From contig OZ237744.1 in assembly GCA_965178125.1 (NCBI GenBank), positions 930,001 through 994,000 on the forward strand: a stretch of DNA of 64,000 bases, in the 5' to 3' direction. The DNA comes from Bilabrum cf. latius (lineage: Eukaryota). This document shows positions 37,350 to 48,500 of this stretch, piece by piece; positions within the stretch are counted from its first letter, which is position 1, and each line of letters begins with the position of its first letter. A model generated the notes under the pieces. That model worked only from the letters and a program-made list of their open reading frames with translations, was not told the origin of the DNA and ran no database searches. A program made the translations under genes and the position numbers.

Positions 37350-40300
37350 ATGCGACCCAAAGCGTAGATCCACCTCAACGTATTGGACGAAGCGATGCCA
37401 GGTAGGCGTCATCGCAAGCGCAGAGCACCCAGTGGCGATGAAGAGGTCGTAGCGGTCACGGAATCGCACCCTGATCTCCTTCGGCTGAACACGCCGGCTG
37501 CGATCAGGCTGCAACGAATGTCGAAAGGAAAAGATGGATCGACAGCTAAAACGTTCCAACGATGGGAAGAAGCGACCCGCCAAGACACTCGAGGCGGTAC
37601 TAACAAGCCTGTCACTGGGCGGGGCAAGCCCATCTCGAAGTCGCGCATGCCGCCGTCCTTGGCACAAATGCCTCAGGCTCGCTAGCAACCGGCAGCTGCC
37701 AGCCCAGGTCCAGCGGCCAGATCGCGAACCAGGCCAATGCGAAAGATGCACCCCCCGCCACTGCCTGCGGACGCGCAAGCTGGAGCGGTATCTTCCGGTG
37801 CTGTTGGGCCATCGAGAAGGTCCGCGAGGTCCCCACCCTCTCTGCGAGGAAGGGCGGGAGGAAACAGAACCCCTCCGCAAGCAACAAGAAGCCGTAGTAA
37901 ACCGAAATCGAAGGCGACTGGTGCTAGCGGTAAATCCGCCGAGTACTATCAGAAGCTTGCCGAAGACGCAAAGGCCGCGCGGCAAGCTCTTGCAGCGCAG
38001 AAGCAATCACCAAGGAAGACGGAGTTTGTGAAAGCGAATGGGTCAGGCCGTCAACCACAGCCGCTTGTCTCTACCAGTGCAGCGTAGTCCAACGGTAGGA
38101 GCAGCCGAGTGCCGGCGGCGCTCGCCCTGCCGCTGGCTGCGTCGCCGGAGCAAGTGAGCAAGGGCGAGCAAGACTCGCGACTGGCACTGGCGCCTGAACC
38201 TGGAATCTCGCACGCCTCCAAAGCAGACTCGCCCTCGCTGGAGGACCTGGCAGTAAGCGGTGCTCCGCCGAGCCCCGTGCCATCAGCCTCTACCTCAGCC
38301 GACGACTTGTCGATGCAGCCGCAGCCTGTGGTGGCGCAGCCTGCTGCCACAGGTCGCGCCGGCGGCGCCAGGGGTGGCACCAGGCTTCCCCCCAGCATGC
38401 GGTCGCCTCTGACCACTGGCCAAGGTCGGATCATGCGCAGCATTGCTAGCGGACGGTCCGTGGGCGCCAAGGAGGGGGGTCTCAAGGGCCTCAAGCGGGG
38501 CGCCTCCAGGCACGATGTGGCCAAGGCCATGGCGGAGGACGAGAGGGCCTCGAGGAGACAGGCGTGGGAGCAGATCATCGGGCCCCTCCCCGCGCCTGCA
38601 GCCGCCGCGCAGGCCGAGGAGCGGGTCCGCCGCGCCACCGAGATGCCCTCATGGCACAAGGCGCGGGAGGGCAGCGATTTCTTCGAGCAAAGGGCAAGAC
38701 ACGACGTGGAGGAGAGGGAACAGAGGGCCATGCAGAGGACCGCGAGCGGAAGGGAGACGCTGCGCAGGCGCCGGATGGAGGCGGCGGCAGCGAGGGCCAA
38801 GTCGACGCCCAGAGCAGCGAGACAGTCCGGAGGCAACGGCGATGGTGAGAAAGGTCAGGGCGCGGGCGCGGGCCAGGGGCCGGCGAGCGGCGGCAACCGT
38901 TCCTCATCCACATCTCGCGCCCAGCCCACCCTGCGGAGGGGAGGGAGCCGCAGGAGCCGCAGGGGAGAGCTGGACGTCCCCGAGCGGAGGCTGAGGGACA
39001 GCCCTTCAAACAGGAGATTCGGCGCGGGCGGGGGTGTGCCTCGGGCGGGCGACGCCGCCCCTCGGCAGCCTGCGCTGCGAGCCTCGGAGTCGTTCCGCAC
39101 GGCCCAGCACTGGGCCTCGCTGTACGGCGAGGAAGTGACACTGCAGACCAAGCAGGCCGTTAAGGAGGCGCAGGAAGCTGCAGAGCGCGCGGATGAGGAG
39201 GCCAGGCAGGCCCAGCTGGCAGACGAGCAGCAGTAGCAAGAGGGGTCAGGGGAGGAGACAAGGCCAAGCACCACCAGCTCTCGTCCCAGGCAAGCGTAGC
39301 AGAAGCAGGAGGTCCGTTCCACGGGGGCACCCAGCACCTAGACGAGCAGGCAGCGCCGCAGCCCCAATGACGGGATGAGTCACTAGCCCCAGCACCAGCA
39401 CCAGCACCAGCACCAGCACTAGCCCCAGCAGCGCTCTGCGCCTGAGACCGACGAGAAGGAGGAACAGACACAATCAGACCCTGTGGCAGCTCCCTCCAAG
39501 CCCATGTCGCTGGGCCCGTACCGCAAGCTCGCCAGGGACCTTGAGCGTGCGACGGAGCTGGTGAAGCAGGAGCATGCCTCTGCTCTTGGGCAGGAATAGA
39601 CGCTCAAGTAGGAGAGAGAGGGTGTGGAGAAGGAGACGAAGGCTGTGAGGGAGAGAACGGAGCAGCTGGAGCAGGCCGCTGCTGATCTTATGCACCAGGC
39701 CGATTCGAACGAGGCCTCGCTGCTGCCCGGCGGCAGCGTGTACATGCGCAAGGAGGCTGCCACAAAGGAGAAGAGGCGGCTGGAAGAGGAAGTGCAGGCC
39801 GCGAGAAAGGCGATCGAGGACGTGAGAGAGGGAGGCAAGCGCACTGTATCGGAGATCGAGGCGGAGATCGGCATGGAGGGTCTCAAGGCGGACCAGAGGG
39901 AGCACCGGCTGCTGCAGATTGAGGGGGAGCTGACCGACCACCTGGAGAGGGCGAGGCAGCAGGTGTCGATCGCGCACGAGGAGGCGGGGCTGATTTAGGA
40001 CCAGAGAGACGAGGTGGAGCTCATGCAGAAGAGCCTGCAGCTGGCAGACAGGAACATCGGGGACCTGCGCCGGGTGGTGCAGCGGTCCAAGGTGCTGGCA
40101 GATGCCAACGAGAGAACGGCTAGCGGTCAGCTGGCAGCCGAGCAGTCGCGGATGGAGACTACCCTGAAATCGCTTCGAAGCGTCCAGGGCAAGTGTGCTA
40201 TGCTGCTAAAAGAGCTGGCGCAGGTGCATGAGGAGACCGCAGAGCTTACCTCCCAGCTTAGCAAGGAGCGCAGGCAACTGCTTCAGCTGCAAGAGCAAGC

Positions 40301-40439
40301 CACTGCCGCGGTGCTGAGGGACGCAGCGGCCATTTCAGAAGCAGCCAAGCAATCAGCTCGCTTAAAGCGAGTCGAGGCGGTTAGAAAAGCGGCTCGGGGC
40401 GAGACGGCAGGGGTAGGGGGGACACCTAGTGGCAAGTGA
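37350..40439 (+). CDS. Hypothetical protein (~1,029 aa), disordered N-terminal part and C-terminal coiled coil
   Basis: ORF fragments at 37383, 37737, 38109, 39624 and 40014 share one frame and are joined by 11 TAGs; stop TGA. The C-terminal third is E/K/R/Q-rich. Confidence 0.75.
39381..39428 (+). repeat. (CAGCAC)5 Gln-His repeat flanked by CAC-TAG-CCC-CAG
   Basis: cac tag ccc (cag cac)5 tag ccc cag. Confidence 0.85.
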
Positions 40440-40687
40440 ATGCGTTGTGGGTGGTCGGCAGCCCAGCATTACCTGACGATTGTGAACAAACCCGATTAAT
40501 CTTCTCGGCTGCAGATGCGTGGTTGTGCAGAGTGCACGTTTGCGTATTTTTGTTGCTTGCAGCAGCTTGCAGCAAGCAAGCAACGGCGTGTTTGGTCGTG
40601 GATCTTGCTTCGCCGGAAGTGCACGCTACCCGAGATCTACATCGGGGATCTGATTTTCAGGCCCACAGCTCTACCCTCCCACACTCA

Positions 40688-40768
40688 CAAGCAAGCACAG
40701 ACACACACAACAAGCAACACAGCAAACAAACCAGCAAGCAAACAAGCAAGCAAACAAGCAAACAAACA
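40688..40768 (+). repeat. Degenerate CAAG/CAAA simple repeat in the polyubiquitin 5' leader
   Basis: Repeated gcaagcaaacaa/gcaaacaa units with no T. Confidence 0.75.
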
Positions 40769-40867
40769 GTGAGTGCTGGTGCAAGCAGGATACAACGTGT
40801 CGCCATTCCACGCGGGCCACCACACAGACCACGGCAATCGCATTCTCGACCAGCCCCCACCCCGCAG
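40769..40867 (+). other. Probable 5'-UTR intron of the polyubiquitin gene
   Basis: GTGAGT donor and CCCGCAG acceptor, 99 nt, matching the other introns here. A 5'-UTR intron is common in polyubiquitin genes. Confidence 0.5.
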
Positions 40868-40952
40868 AACGACAGCTACAAACCGACAGTCACAGAACGA
40901 CAGCCACAGAGTGACTGAAACAGAGAAACAGACACAGAACGACAAGACTACA

Positions 40953-42098
40953 ATGCAGATCTTCGTCAGGACGCTCACGGGCAGGACCATCACCATCGAT
41001 GTGGACTCCGCCGACACCATCGAGGCCGTCAAGCTCAAGGTGCAGGACAAGGAGGGCATCCCGCCAGACCAGCAGCGCCTCATCTTCGCCGGCAAGGAGC
41101 TGCAGGACTCCCGCACCCTGGCTGACTACAACGTGTGCAAGGAGAGCACGCTGCATCTCGTGCTGCGCCTCAGGGGCGGCATGCAGATCTTCGTCAGGAC
41201 GCTCACGGGCAGGACCATCACCATCGATGTGGACCCCGCCGACACCATCGAGGCCGTCAAGCTCAAGGTGCAGGACAAGGAAGGCATCCCGCCAGGCCAG
41301 CAGCGCCTCATCTTCGCCGGCAAGGAGCTGCAGGACGCCCGCACCCTGGCTGACTACAACGTGTGCAAGGAGAGCACGCTGCATCTCGTGCTGCGCCTCA
41401 GGGGCGGCATGCAGATCTTCGTCAGGACGCTCACGGGCAGGACCATCACCATCGATGTGGACCCCGCCGACACCATCGAGGCCGTCAAGCTCAAGGTGCA
41501 GGACAAGGAAGGCATCCCGCCAGACCAGCAGCGCCTCATCTTCGCCGGCAAGGAGCTGCAGGACTCCCGCACCCTGGCTGACTACAACGTGTGCAAGGAG
41601 AGCACGCTGCATCTCGTGCTGCGCCTCAGGGGCGGCATGCAGATCTTCGTCAGGACGCTCACGGGCAGGACCATCACCATCGATGTGGACTCCGCCGACA
41701 CCATCGAGGCCGTCAAGCTCAAGGTGCAGGACAAGGAGGGCATCCCGCCAGACCAGCAGCGCCTCATCTTCGCCGGCAAGGAGCTGCAGGACGCCCGCAC
41801 CCTGGCTGACTACAACGTGTGCAAGGAGAGCACGCTGCATCTCGTGCTGCGCCTCAGGGGCGGCATGCAGATCTTCGTCAGGACGCTCACGGGCAGGACC
41901 ATCACCATCGATGTGGACCCCGCCGACACCATCGAGGCCGTCAAGCTCAAGGTGCAGGACAAGGAGGGCATCCCGCCAGACCAGCAGCGCCTCATCTTCG
42001 CCGGCAAGGAGCTGCAGGACGCCCGCACCCTGGCTGACTACAACGTGTGCAAGGAGAGCACGCTGCATCTCGTGCTGCGCCTCAGGGGCGGCCGATGA
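40953..42098 (+). CDS. Divergent polyubiquitin: five head-to-tail 228-bp units plus a terminal Arg
   Basis: Units start at 40953, 41181, 41409, 41637 and 41865, each MQIFV...LRLRGG; stop TGA; no TAG codons. Confidence 0.97.
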   Translation: MQIFVRTLTGRTITIDVDSADTIEAVKLKVQDKEGIPPDQQRLIFAGKELQDSRTLADYNVCKESTLHLVLRLRGGMQIFVRTLTGRTITIDVDPADTIEAVKLKVQDKEGIPPGQQRLIFAGKELQDARTLADYNVCKESTLHLVLRLRGGMQIFVRTLTGRTITIDVDPADTIEAVKLKVQDKEGIPPDQQRLIFAGKELQDSRTLADYNVCKESTLHLVLRLRGGMQIFVRTLTGRTITIDVDSADTIEAVKLKVQDKEGIPPDQQRLIFAGKELQDARTLADYNVCKESTLHLVLRLRGGMQIFVRTLTGRTITIDVDPADTIEAVKLKVQDKEGIPPDQQRLIFAGKELQDARTLADYNVCKESTLHLVLRLRGGR

Positions 42099-42375
42099 CG
42101 GTTTGGTCAGGCTGGTGATTGGTGTTGGCATGTTGTGCAGCAAGACGGGGATGACAGCAGTTTTATTGGTATGCATAGATTGATATCATCTCAAACTTAT
42201 TGTTTTCATGCGCTGTCGCACTGTTGGCTGGCGACCTCGTCCTGTCGCGGACCACAACAAGTGCACGTCACTGGTCGTCCATGAGCTAGAGGGCTAAGCT
42301 GAGGTAGGTTAGTACGCTCACCTTGAATACACCATGCATTCATGTACAATAAGCCGTCCGAGAAGTGCCAGGTTT

Positions 42376-45300
42376 TCAAATGGGGAGCAGGACCAGCTCC
42401 CTGATTCCTACAGCCTTGTCCGACATGAGCCTTGCAAGAGTCGAGTCCGAGCGGTACGCCAATGTTTCGAGAGAGTTGCCAGATGTGCTTGACCTAGCTT
42501 GGTGCTCTAGCTTGCCAAATATACGGTCCACGAGCTGGCGCGGATCAGGATCGTAGCCCAGCAGGTTCTTCAGCATGCCCTTGGGGTCCTCGCCCCCGCC
42601 TTTCTCAAGCAGCAGCGACCGGTACCGTCGTCCGGCTTCAGAGCTGAGTGGGTCAGCTTCAAACACCTCGCTCCACACTGCTTGCGCGAACACCCTAGCA
42701 TACAGGTACGAGTAATATCCGGCACCATAATTCACAACGTGGCCAAAGCCCGCCTGCCACCTGGTTTGCGGCTTGTACGGGACAATGCTGTGCCTCCTGG
42801 AAACCTCCTGCAGCAACGACTGGCTGTCGATACCTCCGGGTCGCATTCCATAGTCTAATCTTCGCGTCCCAGGCGTAAAGAACTACGCGCTACGGATGTC
42901 CTGCACGTCCTCGGAGGACTCTGCAGCGGGATCATCAAGCGCAGATTGGGGCAGCACAACGTCCCTAGAGCTCTTGGCTTCGCTGGAGCCATCCGACAGG
43001 AAAGCGCACGCCGTCTGCATGGGTCTTTCAGCAAACAATGCCTGGTCGAACATGCAGTGCACCACCAGTGCCTGCAGCTCGAGGGCCCCAAACGACCGCC
43101 GCGCCAGCACGTGCGCTTCGAAGACGTCCTTGGGCACGGAGACATTCGTCTCGGGGCATCGCAGGAACATGGATGCGACGCGGTAGTCGCTCAAAAACTT
43201 CTCAAACAAATGTGAAGGCAGCTCGATGAAGTCGAGAGCTCCTCGCGTGCCCCATACGTGCTGGAACGTGGTCCTGCTCAGGATCGAGTGCAGAGCGTGG
43301 CCGTACTCATGGAACAAAGTCTCGGCCTGGGAGAAGGATAGTCCGACTTCATCCAAGGATGGGCTAGCCGTCGATCGAGTGGACAGTCCGAAGGAGCTGC
43401 GGGATTGTTCAGCAGGATCGTGCAGGTCCGCGGGCCTGTTGTACGATGTCACCAGCGCAACGATCGGGAGCTGGTACCCACCGCTCGTCTGCGAGTCTCC
43501 TGCCCCATCGTGGCCGGCACCGTCCCCCAATCCAGCCTACCGCATGATGCTCTCTGCCTTGGGCAGGACTGTATCAACCGGAGACTCCCCCGGGGCGAGC
43601 TCCCTGCCACACCGCACGACGTAGTGAGCCGCGCCTGCCGCTCGCTTGCCCTGCCTGTGGAAGAGGTCTAAATACATCACCCCCAGTTCCTTGCCAGAAT
43701 CCACGTCCTTCATTACAAACCGCATGATGTCTTTGACGTCCCCCTGCACTGGATCGGCAGGGTCTGCCCCATCGGCAGCAGGGCGGGAGCCCTGTGCCTC
43801 ATCGCCGGCACCCCGACGCTTGAGCTCGTGGCCTCCCGCCCCCGACCAGTCTTCGCTGGGCTTGAGATCCTGACGCTCTAGCCGCACCCCGAGCGTCTTC
43901 TCAGTGATGATGGACAGTCCTCGCATGACGTTCCCCAGTGTGAGATACCTCGACAGACTCTGCGTGGCGTCTTCGGTGCCGTCGCTGCCGGTGCTAGGCC
44001 GAACGCTATCTCGGATGGCGCCTCGTAGCTGCGATGTGTAGAATGTATAGTCCCATGGCTCCAGCACATCCATGGATGGGCGATAATGCACTTGTTCGTC
44101 CTCACCGCCAGGCGTCGCTGCAGTGCCCTGTACTCCTTTCGTGCGGCGCTTCGCTGCCACGTCGAGGCACGGGCGCTCCACATAGGGGGCCTCCAATACC
44201 CTCTTCCGTCCAAGCAGCACCTGTGCTTCCGCCTCTGCCAGCGGCTTGATCCTCTCTGACAGCTCCAGGAGGAACCGCAGCACGTTACGCTGGGAACCGC
44301 TCATCCGGTCAGAGCACATCATGTCGGCGTACGAGGCGAAGCCCACCGTGCGAGCGAGCTGTTCCCTGAGAGCGACCATGCGGCTGAGCACGTACACGTT
44401 GGACTCCTTCCCGTGCACGTCCTCCAAGTGGAACCGCCGCCGGATGCACGGGTGGGGAACTCGGCTCGCGACTGCCTGCACGAGCACGTGGTGGTTGGTT
44501 GCCACCACGGTGTCGTCGCGGTGGTGGGGGCCGCCCACCGTGGTGCCGATCCCGGCGTCTTCGCCGCGCAGCGTGTGGCCAGTGGCAGACTCTGACCTGA
44601 TGGTGGGCACAGTGGCGAGCAGCAGCTTGCGTGGCAGGTGCTCCTCGAGGGCCTTGCGCGGGGCCACCTCGAACGACGACAGCTCGTTTCTGAGGCCTTC
44701 CTGGAACATCGTGGCGTGCGCGATGATCTCTGAGTTGAGCTGCTGCAGCCTGCCCCTCTCTTCATCCGAGCAATGAATGCCTTCTCGCTCGAATTCCACA
44801 AGGAGCTGCGTCGCAGTGTGAAGCGCTTCTTCCGAGATCGTGTCCCCACCAGCCTCAATCTCGTCCTTGAAAGACTAGTAGAGATCCCGATTTACATTCA
44901 GCGCAAAAATGAATGCGTTGGCCTCCTCATAAACTCCCTCGGCGGCTCGACGCCAGCTTGGGTCTACATGGGTTTGTCTGCATAGCTCTGCTGAATCGCA
45001 CACCCTGCACACTAGATCGCTAAGCATGTCGATACTACGGACGGTTTCGACAGGGTGTGCACTTCTCTTCTGAACAATTGAGTCTACTAAGAAGGTAGCA
45101 AGCCGAATTGCTTCTTTTGTGGCCTTTAAGAAGTCTCCTGGCTGTCGCAAATCACGGAATCCGAAGAGCCCGTCGCAGTGCGGGGCTTTCGTCGGGTCTG
45201 CACCCCCAACATGCTCCAACCCCTCTTCATTCTGGCCAAATTGCCTCATAACTGCACTGAATATGTTTCGACGCCCTGAAAATAGCGTGCTCGAAAGGAT

Positions 45301-45444
45301 TTGCGGGCCAAATCGTCTTCTCTGCACTGTTCGTGCGAAGGACGTGGATGAACACACCATCCTTGCAGCAGCTGCCCACTGCCTCCCACCAGCTCGAATA
45401 ACATCACGACAATTGCGACCAGCACATCGCACTGATGCTCTCAT
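42376..45444 (-). CDS. MIPEP: Mitochondrial intermediate peptidase (peptidase M3A, ~1,022 aa)
   Basis: Arg-rich presequence-like start, DMLSDLVCRVCDSAE, YLDLFHRQGK, zinc motif FHEYGHALH, DFIELPSHLFE, FGHVVNYGAGYYSYLY. TAG at 44875, 43537 and 42883; stop TGA. Confidence 0.93.
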
Positions 45445-45554
45445 GGGTTCGATACTAGACAATTTGACGGAATCAGAGTTGTTCGATTCGGAGCCGGCGA
45501 TCACGGTGGACCAGTAATTTCAGATTGGCGCTTGCATTGCTTGGATTCGCATCG

Positions 45555-48500
45555 ATGGTGGACCCGGGGTCCCAAATAGACCAGGATGCCAATCCAGATG
45601 AAAAGCTGATGCGGTCGCACTACACAAGAGCTATGAGAGCACTGCCAGCGTCACTGTGGGAGAGCCTTTCCGGAACCCCGTCGCTGGACCCATGTGTGCC
45701 GAGTAACGAGAGAACGCAGCCATTCAATATTGATGATATGCCACACGATGCTGGCCTGCGATTTCCGAGGTCTAGTGTCAGAGATGCAGTCTCGAGCGTC
45801 CGCAGTCGTCTGAGTCTATTGAGGACATGCGAGGATATCGGGGTTGCCCGTGTGTTGATCCAGCAAACCTCGAGAAAGATTGGACTGGCTTTGCAAGGGT
45901 TCAAAGAATTCAGTGGGCTTGCCAGCGAAGTGCTCCTTCCTATCCTTCGGGCTGGCTTGGTCCTTCCTTTCCTGGACGTAGGAAAGTTGGGCAGCAGTTA
46001 GTCCGAGATTCGGCCGCGAGGTCGCGAATCAACCGCAAAAACTCAGTCTGAATCCTCTCAGCCAGCTAGTGTGGAGTCATGCAGTGATAGTATGGATCAA
46101 GCACCGAGTTCTGTGGATTGGGCTTGGCGAAGCCGAGCCAAAGAAGCGGGCGGCCATAAACCGAGCACGACCAAAAGCGGCGAAGTGTCCGGCTCAAATG
46201 CCCTGCGAGTCAGTCAAGTTCCATTCATTGCCCACGCACTAGCCAGCTCGATCAACGAGTCGGCGAGGGTGGTCGCCACCACGACCTCGGAGCCCCACTG
46301 TAAGCGCCTCGCTGCCGCCTTCCTAAAGATGGCCAGCAAGGTCGTTCCCGAGAAGGACATATCCTCTGGTGCGTTCGATCGAGCCATGGCCATCTAGGGG
46401 TCTGCTCCACGCCACAGAACCGGCTCGCTGGACAAGGGGGAGGGGAGCAGAGGCGGGCGAGGACGAGGTGCAGGTGGTGGCGAAGGGCAACGGGAAGCTA
46501 GTAGTGCTGCTCTCGTGTCACGGGCTGGCGGGGAGGACGCTGGAGACGTGGGATCCCCTGGCCGCAGCCCAAGGACGCGCATTGATCGCACTGACGAGGT
46601 GGTAGAATTGGACCCGGAATCGAAATCAGACTCTCCGCTGGCGGGGAGCATGAGCGAGTCCGAGGCCCAGATGCTCCCTGCCCACGCGAGCATGTCCAGG
46701 CAGTACCGCGAGCTGAGGCTGGAGCTATTGGGCATGCAGCGCGACTGCCTAGACTGCCTCATCGAGATACTGCGCACGCCGGAGGTGCCGCTCAAAATGA
46801 TTATTCCCAAGGAGATCGTCCGCCTCATGCCGTACCTGCTGGCTGTGCCGGACCTGGACAGCACGGACAGGGCAGCTCGAGTGGTCGGGCTACTGGCCAG
46901 CAATGACGTGCACTGCGAAGTGCTGCGAGAGTGTGGTATCGTGCCGGTGCTAAGTGTGGTGATCGATCGAATGATCAAGGTGTCCGAGGATGCACGTTCC
47001 ACGATGCGATAGGCGGGCGGATCGATCATAACTGCGTTCCAGAGCGCGTTCGAGATGGCCCATCATACCGATGACAGCGGTGATAATGGTGTGAAAGAAG
47101 GTGCTGCGCATTCAACCTCTTCTGGAGCGGGGGAAGATCACCCGGTTCCTAGCAGCGCTCGTCCATCCGAGCACCGTGACAGCCAAGCTCGCGCAATGAC
47201 CCACGAAGAGGATCCAGGAGTCCCCCCGGAAAGAACGACCGGAGCCTCCGCAGCGACTGTCCCGGCGGACTCGTCCAATGTTCACGGCGGTAGCACGCAG
47301 CTCCTCGCCCGCCTGGCCAAGCAGCTGGACCGGTCCTGCAGCAGCGATATCCATGATGACGTGAGTCAGGAGGGTTTTCCCACGGAGCTCATGTGGCTGT
47401 GTGCCATGCCAGGCGAGTGCAGCATCATCGACGATGCCCATCGATTCCTGATGCAGGCCCTCAAGGTGCTCAAGCCAGATGGAGACAGAGAGGTGCTAGA
47501 AGAGGCCGAGGAAGCGAAGGAAGACGGCACTTCAAATCATCAGAATTCCGCAGAGGCGCCAGAACCCAAGCACTCGTCTCCACCGTCCAAGAGTGGCGGA
47601 GTCGACGGTGCAGACGATGCTGCGCAAGACTCTAAGGCAATGCAAGCGGCAAGAGCAAGTTTAAGGGAAATGATCGACAAAGTGGCGCCAACGGCCGGAG
47701 AGTCGCATACATCTGCGGCCCTTCAGTCGCTGGGGCTGAACCTGGAAGGGTAGAGGCTCCCAGCTGGAGACTCTGACGGGCTAGTCGAGGCAGAGAGCAT
47801 GGCAATTAGCCTGCTTCGGAGCAGCGGCGGCCTGCGAGACAGCGAGCAGATGGGTGAACGGTGGACGTTCACGTTTGCCCGTCGCACCAAGATGCGAGCG
47901 CTGCTGACGCTCAGGAACTTGGCCTAGGCGCAGGCCGAGCTGTGCAGCGACCGGTGCTTTGGCACGCAGAACGGTCTGGACGCCATCTTGCTCTCAATGC
48001 GACAGATCTTTTCGTACTGCCAAGACGAGGAGGTGCTAGAGAGCACGCTGCACGGCCTGAGTTTGCTCTGCGAAGGAGACAAGGAGACCCTGCGGCGGGT
48101 GATGCAGCACAGACTGGCCTCATCAATGGCCAAGTATCTGAAAGCCTCGCCCGAGCTGTGCAAGCCGGCTCTACGGTGTGTCGGCAACGTTGTCTGCGCA
48201 GAGACTGGTGTGGACTACACCCAGACCGTCGTCAATGAAGGAGTGGTTCCCCAGCTCTTTGCACTATCGAGGTCGATCGACAAGGAGATCGTCAAGGAGG
48301 CGTGCTGGACCCTGAGTAACATCGCGGCTGGCACTGAGCTGCAGGTCGAGCAGGTCGTCTCCTAGCTGGACTCTGGCAACGTGCTGCAGATAGCGATGGG
48401 GGAGCACGACCAAGCCGTCAGAAACGAAGCGTGCTGGGTTGTGCTCAACGCGGCATCCTGCGGCACTGACGCTCAGGTGGTGCAGCTGGTACGGGCAGGT

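Noticed and set aside
40773-40952. 60-aa N-terminal extension on polyubiquitin
   Set aside because: It begins at a GTG inside a probable 5'-UTR intron; the true ATG is 40953.
40953-42092. 228-bp repeats as CRISPR or a mobile element
   Set aside because: They are contiguous ubiquitin coding units with no spacers.
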